Source of the DNA: Macrostomum lignano
Lineage: Eukaryota
Reading direction: 5' to 3'
DNA: 64,000 nucleotides
NCBI GenBank assembly: GCA_002269645.1
Contig: NIVC01000362.1
Span: 588,883 to 652,882 of the forward strand
Below the pieces are notes generated by a model. The model was not told the DNA's origin, made no database searches, and saw only the letters and a list, made by a program, of their open reading frames with translations. Positions 36,646-50,705 of this stretch are shown here, piece after piece. Every line of letters begins with the position of its first letter. Within the stretch, counting starts at the first letter, position 1. The translations under genes were made by a program, and so were the position numbers.

Positions 36646-39600
36646 AAATGGAGCCAAAAGCCGGCCGACAACTCAAACAGAGAACGCCGACAGTGACATA
36701 AAATGCTCAAACTTGATGCTAACTTCCGAGAGGCCACACACACATATAAGAGTTGCCACCAACTCTGATATAAAGAGAACAAAAAGTACTTTTAACCCAC
36801 AATAATTATACTTGCAATATTAACAGAACTGAACTGCAACAAAAAGGGAGGAACCTTTGCTGCTGCGCCTCCCATCCCATCTGCAAAGCAGCCTAGCACA
36901 GGATGAGAAGCACAGAATGGTCATCATAAAGTCGTGAGCAGGCTGATCAAAGCACAATAAATCAATAAAGTCAATTTGGTGGCAGAGTGCTGAATGGCGT
37001 CAGAGACATCAATTGCAGCAACAGCCCGTGTTACTGCCGTGAGCACACTATGTGAGAAAGCTGTCGCATCAAAGCACAGTGATAGATCCCACTTGGATAT
37101 CCCACAAATTCTCACCGAAAACAGTGAGACAAAGAAAGAATTTTGTTCAACAGCAATGACTGAGGTGGATAAGATGCAAAACTAAAACATATTACACACG
37201 GTTTCAGATTGGAGTTTGAATGAGAGTTGAAGAACTCAGGCAGCTTCACCGTACTCCAACACCGCAGTGAAGGCAGCAGAGAAAGGACACTTGCAAGTAG
37301 TAGCCAGGCTGTGCAACTGTGCAACAGGTGTTAGCGAGGCGGCACACATCAAAGACATGCCGCCGACTCTGACATGAAAAACTTTACAAAGTACGCTTAA
37401 AGAGAAACTGTACACTCTGACATAAAAAAGTGAACAAAAGTACATTTATCCCACAGTGATTAATGAAAAATCAAAACAGTTTAAATGGATCAAATTGTGA
37501 CGAGAATCACAAAATGGCCATCATGAGGTGGTAGATCTACTCATCAAAGCACAATAAAAATGGAGTCAAAATGCCGGCCATAGCCTCAAAGAAAGGCCGC
37601 CGACAGGGACATCAAAAGCTCAAACTTGATGCTACTTCTGTTAATCAGAATGGGTTGAGAAGCCGAACGTCTCAAAGCACAGTAAGTTTGGTCTGACAAA
37701 AATGAAAAAGCATGACCAGTTCGGTAAAATCATGTTTACAATCAGAGGTTTTTCCTAAAGATTTTTATAATTGTCTTTGGATGACATTTTCGTAGCTTAT
37801 TCTGAATGTTGTTATACGTTTCATTTTACAGTTTGCTACTTACATGTATGACCTCAGTAGTGAGTAGCGAGTTCAGTACCTTGACCTAAAATGGTTGAAT
37901 AGTGAAACTTTAACAAAGTGGCAGTTTTATACCACTAAAAACCAGTTCCGTTCACAAGAGGTCTTCGCTGTTTAAAAGTCCTGAGCTCGATTCCGCTCAC
38001 AGCCAGCCGCTGAGCTGTGGCTTCAATCACAGCGCTGAGACGGCTGTGACTCACTCATAAAAGCAAAATTTGGTGATTTAAATGAATACTTTTTCAATCA
38101 GTAAATTTACTAATTTAACCGGCAATCTGCGTTTTAATGGCATTAAAAGGCTGAGCATCCTAAGAACAGCTCATCAATATTAAGAGTTAAGCACAGGACT
38201 GGGGTCTCGCACAGGCACAATGGCACTGTGAACAGTGTCTGTATCTGATAACAGCTTAAATTTAAGTCAAACTTGGACTCTACGATATTTTGGTATACCA
38301 AAGGTATATAAGTGAATAGCCAAACTTAAAATCTACCTTAAAACTACATTGCAGACAGAGAGAAGCATGAGGGCAAATAAGTATGGAAAATAAGAAGCTT
38401 ATTTTAATATCATTATTGTTATTTTGTCATATTTACTGTTGCTTATTTATTTACTTCAAGAATCCTATACACAAGCAGTATTTAGCGCAATGAAAGCTAC
38501 ACAACACTGCTAAAGGTGTCAGCAAGACGGCACACATCAAAGATGCCACAGATTCTTCCATAACAAGTGAAGTACTTTTACCCCACACTTAAAACTACAA
38601 AATCATTTCAAAAAACATTTCACTTCAAAGAACGAAAATGAAAAAATGGTGACAAAAATCACAAAATGGCCATCATGTGGTAGATCTACTCATCAAAGCA
38701 CGATAAAAATGGAGCCAAAAGCCGGCCGACAACTCAAACAGAGAACGCCGACAGTGACATAAAATGCTCAGACTTGATGCTAACTTCCGAGAGGCCACAC
38801 ACATAAAAGAGTTGCCACCAACTCTGATATAAAGAGAACAAAAAGTACTTTTAACCCACAATAATTATACTTGCAATATTAACAGAACTGAACTGCAACA
38901 AAAAGGCAGGAACCTTTGCTGCTGCGCCTTCCATCCCATCTGCAAAGCAGCCTAGCACAGGATGAGAAGCACAGAATGGTCATCATAAAGTCGTGAGCAG
39001 GCTGATCAAAGCACAATAAATCAATAAAGTCAATTTGGTGGCAGAGTGCTGAATGGCGTCAGAGACATCAATTGCAGCAACAGCCCGTGTTACTGCCGTG
39101 AGCACACTATGTGAGAAAGTTGTCGCATCAAAGCACAGTGATAGATCTCACTTGGATATCCCACAAATTCTCACCGAAAACAGTGAGACAAAGAAAGAAT
39201 TTCGTTCAACAGCAATGACTGAGGTGGATAAGATGCAAAAGCAAAATATATTACACACGGTTTCAGATTGGAGTTTGAATGAGAGTTGAAGAACTCAGGC
39301 AGCTTCACCGTACTCCAACACCGCAGTGAAGGCAGCACAGAAAGGGCACTTGCAAGTTGTAGCCAGGCTGTGCAACTGTGCAACAGGTGTCAGCGAGACG
39401 GCACACATCAAAGATGCCGTTGACAGACAAAAAAGTAAAAGTACATTTATCCCACAGTATTCATAACAAATTTAATTACAACAGAAACTTTTCGCTTGAA
39501 AATACTAAAAGGGCAAACTGTGACAAGAATCACAAAATGGCCATCATGAGGTGGTAGATCGACTCATCAAAGCACGATGAAAATGGAGTCAAAATGCCGG

Positions 39601-40529
39601 CCAACACCTCAGAGAGGCCGCCGACAGGGACATCAAGAGCTCAAATGCGATGCTACTTCTGCTAACAGAATGAGTTGAGAAGCTGTCGCTTCCCAGCATA
39701 TAGTGGATCATGTTCACCATGAGAACCGCATAAATTATTATCTAGTGAAGTCACAGAATGCAACAGGTGCGCAACAGAAAACCGCACTGCAGGTGAAAAT
39801 ATTAAATCCCACACAATGGTCATTACATCCATTTCTTATCTAATTGTAGCTGTTAAAAAGAAGTGAAGCAGTTTACACGTTTCAAAACTAAAAAGTTCAA
39901 AAAACAAAAAAAAACAGGAACTCGGCACCTTTTAGCTGCTGCCATACCGCAGTGAAGGCAGCAGAGAAAGGACACTTGCAAGTTGTAGCCAGACTGTACA
40001 ACTGTGCAACAGGTGTCAGCGAAGCGGCACACATCAAAGAGATGCCGCCGACTTTCAACATAAAGTGTGAAAAATACTTTTATCCCACACTACTCATGAT
40101 TTATGACTGGAAAAGTGCTTATATCGAAGCGAAAAACAACGGCCTCCTTTCATTTTGACTGGGGCTATCCAGGCAGACCAGCTCTAGACTAAAGGACAAA
40201 TAACAAAGCTGAGGTTTGAAGGCCAAGCCAGCAGCCTGCGAACGCGTGACACAGAAGACTCGCAGTAACTGCTTTGGAGGGGGAGGATGCTTTGTGGTTG
40301 GCTATAAAATACACTGCCTTGAAAACTTTCCGGTACAGCGAATTCTGAGACGCGAGCCTTACACTAATAATAGGGTCTTTGGAGGCCAGCGCGTTTTAAA
40401 TTCTTTGTATCTTGTAAGCAGAAGATAACAGGAAAAAACCTGTTCTTTACAATATAAGTTAGAATGACAGTTTTCCCAAAAATATTGGGATTAGGCCAAG
40501 TTGTCAAGAATTACAAAATATCCTCATCA

Positions 40530-41265
40530 TAAAGCGGTGAAGCTACTCATCAAAGCACAATACAAAATGGCCATCATGAGGTGGTAGATCTACTCATCAA
40601 AGCACAATACAAAATGGCCATCATGAGGTGGTAGATCTACTCATCAAAGCACAATACAAAATGGCCATCATGAGGTGGTAGATCTACTCATCAAAGCACA
40701 ATACAAAATGGCCATCATGAGGTGGTAGATCTACTCATCAAAGCACAATACAAAATGGCCATTATGAGGTGGTAGATCTACTCATCAAAGCATAATACAA
40801 AATGGCCATCATGAGGTGGTAGATCGACTCATCAAAGCACAATACAAAATGGCCATCATGAGGTGGTAGATCTACTCATCAAAGCACAATACAAAATGGC
40901 CATCATGAGGTGGTAGATCTACTCATCAAAGCACAATACAAAATGGCCATCATGAGGTGGTAGATCTACTCATCAAAGCACAATACAAAATGGCCATCAT
41001 GAGGTGGTAGATCTACTCATCAAAGCACAATACAAAATGGCCATCATGAGGTGGTAGATCGACTCATCAAAGCACAATACAAAATGGCCATCATGAGGTG
41101 GTAGATCGACTCATCAAAGCACAATACAAAATGGCCATCATGAGGTGGTAGATCTACTCATCAAAGCACAATACAAAATGGCCATCATGAGGTGGTAGAT
41201 CGACTCATCAAAGCACAATACAAAATGGCCATCATGAGGTGGTAGATCGACTCATCAAAGCACGA
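40530..41265. repeat. 47-bp satellite array, about 16 copies
   Basis: Same monomer. Confidence 0.95.
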
Positions 41266-42077
41266 TGAAAATGGAGCCAAAAGCCGGCCGACAACTCAAA
41301 CAGAGAACGCCGACAGTGACATAAAGAGCTCAAACTTGATGCTAACTTCCGAGAGCCCACACATATAAAAGAGGTGCCACCAACTCTGATATAAAGAGAA
41401 CAAAAAGTACTTTTAACCCACAATAATTATACTTGCAATATTAACAGAACTTAACGGCAACAAAAAGGCAGGAACCTTTGCTGCTGCGCCTCCTATCCCA
41501 TCTGCAAAGCAGCCTAGCACAGGATGAGAAGCACAGAATGGTCATCATAAAGTCGTGAGCAGGCTGATTAAAGCACAATAAACCAATAAAGTCAATTTGG
41601 TGGCAGAGTGTTGAATGGCATCAGAGACATCAATTGCAGCAACAGCCCGTGTTACTGCCGTGAGCACACCACGTGAGAAAGTTGTCGCATCAAAGCACAG
41701 TGACAGATCCCACTTGGATGTCCCACGAATTCTCACTGAGAACAGTGAGACAAACAAATAATTTTGTTCAACAGCCATGATTGAGTTGGATAAGATGCAA
41801 AACTAAAACATTACACACGGTTTCAAATTTGAGTTTGAATGAGAGCTGACGAACTCAGCAGCTTCTCCATGCCCCGACACCGCAGTGAAGGCAGCACAGA
41901 ATGGGCACTTGCAAGTTGTAGCCAGGCTGTGCAACTGTGCAACAGGTGTCAGCGAGACGGCACACATCAAAGAGAAGCTGTACACTCTGACGTAAAAAGT
42001 GAACAAAAGTACATTTATCCCACAGTGATTAATGAAAAATCAAAACAGATTTAAATGGATCAAATTGTGACGAGAAT

Positions 42078-42455
42078 CACAAAATGGCCATCATGAGGTG
42101 GTAGATCTACTCATCAAAGCACAATACAAAATGGCCATCATGAGGTGGTAGATCTACTCATCAAAGCACAATACAAAATGGCCATCATGAGGTGGTAGAT
42201 CTACTTATCAAAGCACAATACAAAATGGCCATCATGAGGTGGTAGATCGACTCATCAAAGCACAATACAAAATGGCCATCATGAGGTGGTAGATCTACTC
42301 ATCAAAGCACAATACAAAATGGCCATCATGAGGTGGTAGATCTACTCATCAAAGCACGATACAAAATGGTCATCATGAGGTGGTAGATCGACTCATCAAA
42401 GCACAATACAAAATGGCCATCATGAGGTGGTAGATCTACTTATCAAAGCACGATA
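42078..42455. repeat. 47-bp satellite array, about 8 copies
   Basis: Same monomer. Confidence 0.93.
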
Positions 42456-44159
42456 AAAAATGGAGTCAAAATGCCGGCCATAACCTCAGAGAGGCCGCCG
42501 ACAGGGACATCAAAAGCTCAAACTTGATGCTACTCTGTAAATCAGAATGGGTTGAGAAGCCAAAACGTCTCAACGCAAAGTAAGTTTGGTCTGACAAAAA
42601 CGATAAAGCATGACCAGTTCGGTAAAATATGTTTACAATCAGAGGCTGTTCCTAAAATATATTTATAATTGTTGCTAAACTAAACTTTCCAACTGATAAT
42701 TGTATCGCTTAGAAGTTGGCTAAAATTGTTTGAACTGAATACTTTTAAACCAATAAAAGAATTTCCGTTCACACGAGGTCTTCGCTGCTCAAAGGTCCTG
42801 AGCTCGATCCCGCTTACAGTGAGCCGTAGAGCTGTGGCTTCAATCACAGCGCAGAGACACCGTGCATCATGAAAGCATGATTTGGAGATTCAAATGAAAA
42901 CTTTGTCAATCAGGAAAATTTACTAATTTATCTGGCCGTCTGCATTTCAGTAGCTTTAGAGGGCTGAGCATTCTGAGGGGAGCTCATCCAGATTGAGAGT
43001 TAGTCACAGGACTGGCACACAGGCACACTGGTACAGTGAAGTGTATGGATCTGATAGCATATCTTAAATTTAAGTACAACAATAAAGTCTGCAATACGAG
43101 TATTTGATATTCCTAGGGTACTAAAGTGAGAAACTAAACCTAAATCTACCTTTAAAACTACATTGCAGACAAAGAAGCGTTAAGGCGAAAAGTACAAGTA
43201 AAGCAAATAGGAAGCTTATTTTAATATTATTGTTATTTTGTCATACAAATAGTCGTTTATTAAATTTATCTAGTTCAAAAGTCCTAACAAGCATTCAGCA
43301 CCATAGAAGCTACAAAACTGTGCAACAGGTGTTGGAGAGACGGTACACATCAAAGAGGTACCGCCCACTCTGGCATAACAAGTTAACAAAGTACTTTTAT
43401 CCCACGCTATTTACGAGTTATTAAATATTAAATACAATACTAATCAGAACAACTTTTAACATCAAAAATTGAAATGAAACAAATTGTGACAAGAAATTCT
43501 CAGTGAATATTACAGATACTCACGCGTAAAAAATCACAACCAAGAATGTCGTTTAGAAAAATATTACACAGCTTCAGATTTGAGTTTGAATAAGAGCTGA
43601 CGAACTCAAGCAGCTTCTGCGTGCTCCCACACACCGCAGTGAAGGCAGCACAGAAAGGACACTTGCAAGTTGTAGCCAGGCTGTGCAACTGTGCAGCAGG
43701 TAACAGCAAGGCGGCACACATCAAAGACACCGCCGACTCTGACATGAAAAACTTAACAAAGTACGCTCAAAGAGAAACTGTACACTGTGACAAAAAAGTG
43801 AACAAAAGTACATTCATCCCACAGTGATTAATGAAAAAGCAACAGTTTTAAATGGATCAAATTGTGACAAGATTCACAAAATGGCCATCATGAGTTGGTA
43901 GATCTACTCAATAATGAACGATAAAAATGGAGCCAAAAGCCGGCCGACAACTCAAACAGAGAACGCCGACAGTGACATAAAATGCTCAAACTTGATGCTA
44001 ACTTCCGAGAGCCCACACGCACATATAAGAGTTGCCACAAACTCTGATATAAAGAGAACAAAAAAGTACTTCTATTCCACACTAATTATAAGTACAATAC
44101 TAATAAGAATAAGAACTTTTCTCCTCAGAAAACAGAAATGGCACAAATTGTGACAAGAA

Positions 44160-44910
44160 TCACAAAATGGCCATCATGAGGTGGTAGATCTACTCATCAA
44201 AGCACAATACAAAATGGCCATCATGAGGTGGTAGATCTACTTATCAAAGCACAATACAAAATGGCCATCATGAGGTGGTAGATCTACTCATCAAAGCACA
44301 ATACAAAATGGCCATCATGAGGTGGTAGATCTACTCATCAAAGCACAATACAAAATGGCCATCATGAGGTGGTAGATCTACTCATCAAAGCACAATACAA
44401 AATGGCCATCATGAGGTGGTAGATCTACTCATCAAAGCACAATACAAAATGGCCATCATGAGGTGGTAGATCTACTCATCAAAGCACAATACAAAATGGC
44501 CATCATGAGGTGGTAGATCTACTTATCAAAGCACAATACAAAATGGCCATCATGAGGTGGTAGATCTACTCATCAAAGCACAATACAAAATGGCCATCAT
44601 GAGGTGGTAGATCTACTCATCAAAGCACAATACAAAATCGCCATCATGAGGTGGTAGATCGACTCATCAAAACACAATACAAAATGGCCATCATGAGGTG
44701 GTAGATCGACTCATCAAAGCACAATACAAAATAGCCATCATGAGGTGGTAGATCGACTCATCAAAGCACAATACAAAATAGCCATCATGAGGTGGTAGAT
44801 CGACTCATCAAAGCACAATACAAAATGGCCATCATGAGGTGGTAGATCTACTCATCAAAGCACAATACAAAATGGCCATCATGAGGTGGTAGATCGACTC
44901 ATCAAATCAC
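44160..44910. repeat. 47-bp satellite array, about 16 copies
   Basis: Same monomer. Confidence 0.95.
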
Positions 44911-45714
44911 GATGAAAATGGAGCCAAAAGCCGGCCGACAACTCAAACAGAGAACGCCGACAGTGACATAAAATGCTCAAACTTGATGCTAACTTCCGAG
45001 AGCCCACACATATAAAAGAGGTGCCACCAACTTTGATATAAAGAGAACAAAAAGTACTTTTAACCCACAATAATTATACTTGCAATATCAACAGAACTTA
45101 ACGGCAACAAAAAGGGAGAAACCTTTGCTGCTGCGCCTCCCATCCCATCTGCAAAGCAGCCTAGCACAGGATGAGAAGCACAGAATGGTCATCATAAAGT
45201 CGTGAGCAGGCTGATCAAAGCACAATAAATCAATAAAGTCAATTTGGTGGCTGGTGGCAGGGTGCTGAATGGCGTCAGAGACATCAATTGCAGCAACAGC
45301 CCGTGTTACTGCCGTGAGCACACCACGTGAGAAAGTTGTCGCATCAAAGCACAGTGACAGATCCCACTTGGATGTCCCACGAATTGAAATAATTTTGTTC
45401 AACAGCCATGATTGAGTTGGATAAGATGCAAAACTAAAACATATTACACACGGTTTCAAATTTGAGTTTGAATGAGAGCTGACGAACTCAAGCAGCTTCT
45501 CCATGCCCCGACACCGCAGTGAAGGCAGCACAGAATGGGCACTTGCAAGTAGTAGCCAGGCTGTGCAACTGTGAAACAGGTGTCAGCGAGACGGCACACA
45601 TCAAAGAGAAGCTGTACACTCTGACGTAAAAAGTGAACAAAAGTACATTTATCCCACAGTGATTAATGAAAAATCAAAACAGATTTAAATGGATCAAATT
45701 GTGACGAGAATCAC

Positions 45715-45995
45715 AAAATGGCCATCATGAGGTGCTAGATCTACTCATCAAAGCACAATACAAAATGGCCATCATGAGGTGGTAGATCGACTCATCAAAG
45801 CACAATACAAAATGGCCATCATGAGGTGGTAGATCTACTTATCAAGGCACGATACAAAATGGCCATCATGAGGTGGTAGATCTACTTATCAAAGCACAAT
45901 ACAAAATGGCCATCATGAGGTGGTAGATCGACTCATCAAAGCACAATACAAAATGGCCATCATGAGGTGGTAGATCTACTTATTAAAGCACAATA
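45715..45995. repeat. 47-bp satellite array, about 6 copies
   Basis: Same monomer. Confidence 0.93.
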
Positions 45996-48372
45996 AAAAT
46001 GGAGCCAAAATGCCGGCCATAGCCTCAGAGAGGCCACCGACAGGGACATCAAAAGCTTAAACTTGATGCTACTCTGTAAATCAGAATGGGTTGAGAAGCC
46101 AAAACGTCTTAACGCAAAGTAAGTTTGGTCTGACAAAAACGATAAAGCATGACCAGTTCGGTAAAATATGTTTACAATCAGAGGCTGTTCCTAAAGTATA
46201 TTTATAATTGTTGCTAAACTAAACTTTCCAACTGATAATTGTATCACTTAGAAGTTGGCTAAAATTGTTTGAACTGAATACTACTCATTAGGTCAGTAGT
46301 GAGAAGCGAGTTGAGCACATTGAGCTAAAATGGTTAGGTGATCAAACTTTAAAAAATTGAGTTTTAAACCACTAAAAAGAAATATCCGACCACAGGTCTT
46401 TACTGCTCAAAGTTCCCAAGCTCGATCCCACCTTGATGAGATCCGGAGGCCCTTTGAGGTTTAGGTAGAGGCTGCAATTCGAGACCTGCTGAAGCACGCT
46501 TTAAACAGAGAAGCCGCCAAGGTGAAGCGCCGCCGTACGGTAGGACTTAAGGTGACTGCGCATCTGCAAACAGATTTTCTACAGCACGCTTTTGCTTCGT
46601 TGAGCGACTGCTTTAAATTGTACTGTAGCTCACAGCTCACAGTAGACCGTGACTTCAAGCACAGCGCTGAGACGGCCGCGACTCATAAAAGCATGATTTG
46701 GGTATTGAAATGAAAGCTTTGTCAATCAGTAAAATTAAATTAATCACTGACAGATTGAATGAAAGAAAGCAATTTAACTGGTCGTCTGAATTTCTGTGGC
46801 ATTGGAGGGCTGATCATCTTAAAGCCTCGCACTGGCACTGTGAAGTGTCTGAATCTGATCTACCTTAAAACTGCATTGCTGCCCCAGAAGCATGAGGGCA
46901 AATAAGTATGGCAAATAAAAAAGCATATTTAAATAACTTTGTTACTTTGAAAAATTAACTGATGTTTCTTTATTTAGTTCAAAAGTGCTGAATAAAAACA
47001 GCCTTTGGCTCCATTGAAGCTGCACAACTGTGCAACAGGTGTGAGAGAGACGGCACACATTAAAGAGATGCACTAATTCTGACAAAGAGAACAAGGTACA
47101 CTTATCCCACACTTTAAAATTACAAAATTATTTTTAAACTTTTTAATAAAAAGACAGAAATGGCACAAATTGTGACAAGAATCACAAAATGGCCATCATG
47201 AGGTGGTAGATCTACTCATCAAAGCACAATAAAAATCGAGTCAAAATGCCGGCCATAACCTCAGAGAGGTCTCCAACAGGGACATCAAGAGCTCAAATGC
47301 GATGCTACTTCTGCTAACAGAATGAGTTGAGAAGCTGCCGCTTCCCAGCATGCAGTGGATCATGTCCACCATAAAATCACAAATGTTATTCTTTAATTGC
47401 ATACAGTTGCAGCTGACAGAAGAACAAGTGTTTTACTACTGACAGACATACGACGTGTTCTTTAAGACGCTAAAAGTGCAAAAATATCACATGAACTCAG
47501 CAGCTTCTCCATGCCCCGACACCGCAGTGAAGGCAGCAGAGAAAGGGCACTTGCAAGTAGTGGCCAGGCTGTGCAACTGTGCAACAGGTGTCAGCGAGGC
47601 GACACACATCAAAGACATGCCGCCGACTCTGACATAAAAAGTGAGCAAAGTACTTTTATCCCACACAATAAATAAATACAATACTAATTAGAACAAGAAC
47701 TTTTAATTTCAGAAACTGAAATTATAAATTGTGACAAGAAATTCTCAGTGAGTACAGATACTCAGGCGTAGAAAAAATTCACGACAAAAATGTAGCTAAA
47801 AAACACGGTAAACTCAATCAGAACTGCATAGAATGCCATCATATTTGCGAATGGTGAGCGCTCATATTCGTTCTATGTAGCCTATAGGAATTTCCGTTCC
47901 CACTCGTATGCTCCTCAGTGTTTTAAATAAAACGAACAGACAGTGGAGGCGCTCGCTTCACTCTTTTCTCTCGCCCGCCTCTGCAGGCCCAAAGGCATGG
48001 CCACTGCCTCGGCTGGGCTGTAGAACCGTGAAATACCGCGCTTTGAATTCAATTCTTTGCTATCCGATGTAAGCAGAAGGTGCAGGCAGTACGCAAAATC
48101 CTACCTGTTACAGTATGATTTTGAATGAGAGCTGACAAACTCAAGCAGCTTCTCCATACTCCCACACCGCAGTGAAGGCAGCAGAGAAAGGACACTTGCA
48201 AGTTGTAGCCAGACTGTGCAACCGAAGCGGCACAAATCAAAGACATGCCGCCGACTATGACATTAAAATGTAAACAAAGTACTTTTATCCCACAGAATTT
48301 ATAAATACAATACTAATTAAAACAGGAACTTTACTTTAGGAGCTAAAAATGGCACAAATTGTGACAAGAATC

Positions 48373-48565
48373 ACAAAATGGCCATCATGAGGTGGTAGAT
48401 CGACTCATCAAAGCACAATACAAAATGGCCATCATGAGGTGGTAGATCGACTCATCAAAGCACAATACAAAATGGCCATCATGAGGTGGTAGATCTACTC
48501 ATCAAAGCACAATACAAAATGGCCATCATGAGGTGGTAGATCGACTCATCAAAGCACAATACAAA
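48373..48565. repeat. 47-bp satellite array, about 4 copies
   Basis: Same monomer. Confidence 0.9.
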
Positions 48566-50234
48566 ATGGAGCCAAAAGCCGGCCGACAACTCAAACAGAG
48601 AACGCCGACAGTGACATAAAATGCTCAAACTTGATGCTAACTTCCGAGAGCCCACACATATAAAAGAGGTGCCACCAACTCTGATATAAAGAGAACAAAA
48701 AGTACTTTTAACCCACAATAATTATACTTGCAATATTAACAGAACTTAACGGCAACAAAAAGGGAGGAACCTTTGCTGCTGCGCCTCCCATCCCATCTGC
48801 AAAGCAGCCTAGCACAGGATGAGAAGCACAGAATGGTCAGCATAAAGTCGTGAGCAGGCTGATCAAAGCACAATAAATCAATAAAGTCAATTTGGTGGCA
48901 GAGTGCTGAATGGCGTCAGAGACATCAATTGCAGCAACAGCCCGTGTTACTGCCGTGAGCACACCACGTGAGAAAGTTGTCGCATCAAAGCACAGTGACA
49001 GATCCCACTTGGATGTCCCACGAATTCTCACTGAGAACAGTGAGACAAACAAATAATTTTGTTCAACAGCCATGATTGAGTTGGATAAGATGCAAAACTA
49101 AAACATTACACACGGTTTCAAATTTGAGTTTGAATGAGAGCTAACGAACTCAAGCAGCTTCTCCATGCCCCGACACCGCAGTGAAGGCAGCACAGAATGG
49201 GCACTTGCAAGTAGTAGCCAGGCTGTGCAACTGTGAAACAGGTGTCAGCGAGACGGCACACATCAAAGAGAAGCTGTACACTCTGACGTAAAAAGTGAAC
49301 AAAAGTACATTTATCCCACAGTGATTAATGAAAAATCAAAACAGATTTAAATGGATCAAATTGTGACGAGAATCACAAAATGGCCATCATGAGGTGCTAG
49401 ATCTACTCATCAAAGCACAATACAAAATGGAGCCAAAAGCCGGCCGACAACTCAAACAGAGAACGCCGACAGTGACATAAAATGCTCAAACTTGATGCTA
49501 ACTTCCGAGAGCCCACACATATAAAAGAGGTGCCACCAACTCTGATATAAAGAGAACAAAAAGTACTTTTAACCCACAATAATTATACTTGCAATATTAA
49601 CAGAACTTAACGGCAACAAAAAGGCAGGAACCTTTGCTGCTGCGCCTCCCATCCCATCTGCAAAGCAGCCTAGCACAGGATGAGAAGCACAGAATGGTCA
49701 TCATAAAGTCGTGAGCAGGCTGATTAAAGCACAATAAACCAATAAAGTCAATTTGGTGGCAGAGTGTTGAATGGCATCAGAGACATCAATTGCAGCAACA
49801 GCCCGTGTTACTGCCGTGAGCACACCACGTGAGAAAGTTGTCGCATCAAAGCACAGTGACAGATCCCACTTGGATGTCCCACGAATTCTCACTGAGAACA
49901 GTGAGACAAACAAATAATTTTGTTCAACAGCCATGATTGAGTTGGATAAGATGCAAAACTAAAACATTACACACGGTTTCAAATTTGAGTTTGAATGAGA
50001 GCTGACGAACTCAGCAGCTTCTCCATGCCCCGACACCGCAGTGAAGGCAGCACAGAATGGGCACTTGCAAGTTGTAGCCAGGCTGTGCAACTGTGCAACA
50101 GGTGTCAGCGAGACGGCACACATCAAAGAGAAGCTGTACACTCTGACGTAAAAAGTGAACAAAAGTACATTTATCCCACAGTGATTAATGAAAAATCAAA
50201 ACAGATTTAAATGGATCAAATTGTGACGAGAATC

Positions 50235-50705
50235 ACAAAATGGCCATCATGAGGTGCTAGATCTACTCATCAAAGCACAATACAAAATGGCCATCATGAG
50301 GTGGTAGATCTACTCATCAAAGCACGATACAAAATGGTCATCATGAGGTGGTAGATCTACTCATCAAAGCACAATACAAAATGGCCATCATGAGGTGGTA
50401 GATCTACTCATCAAAGCACAATACAAAATGGCCATCATGAGGTGGTAGATCTACTTATCAAAGCACAATACAAAATGGCCATCATGAGGTGGTAGATCGA
50501 CTCATCAAAGCACAATACAAAATGGCCATCATGAGGTGGTAGATCTACTCATCAAAGCACAATACAAAATGGCCATCATGAGGTGGTAGATCTACTCATC
50601 AAAGCACGATACAAAATGGTCATCATGAGGTGGTAGATCGACTCATCAAAGCACAATACAAAATGGCCATCATGAGGTGGTAGATCTACTTATCAAAGCA
50701 CGATA
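50235..50705. repeat. 47-bp satellite array, about 10 copies
   Basis: Same monomer. Confidence 0.93.
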
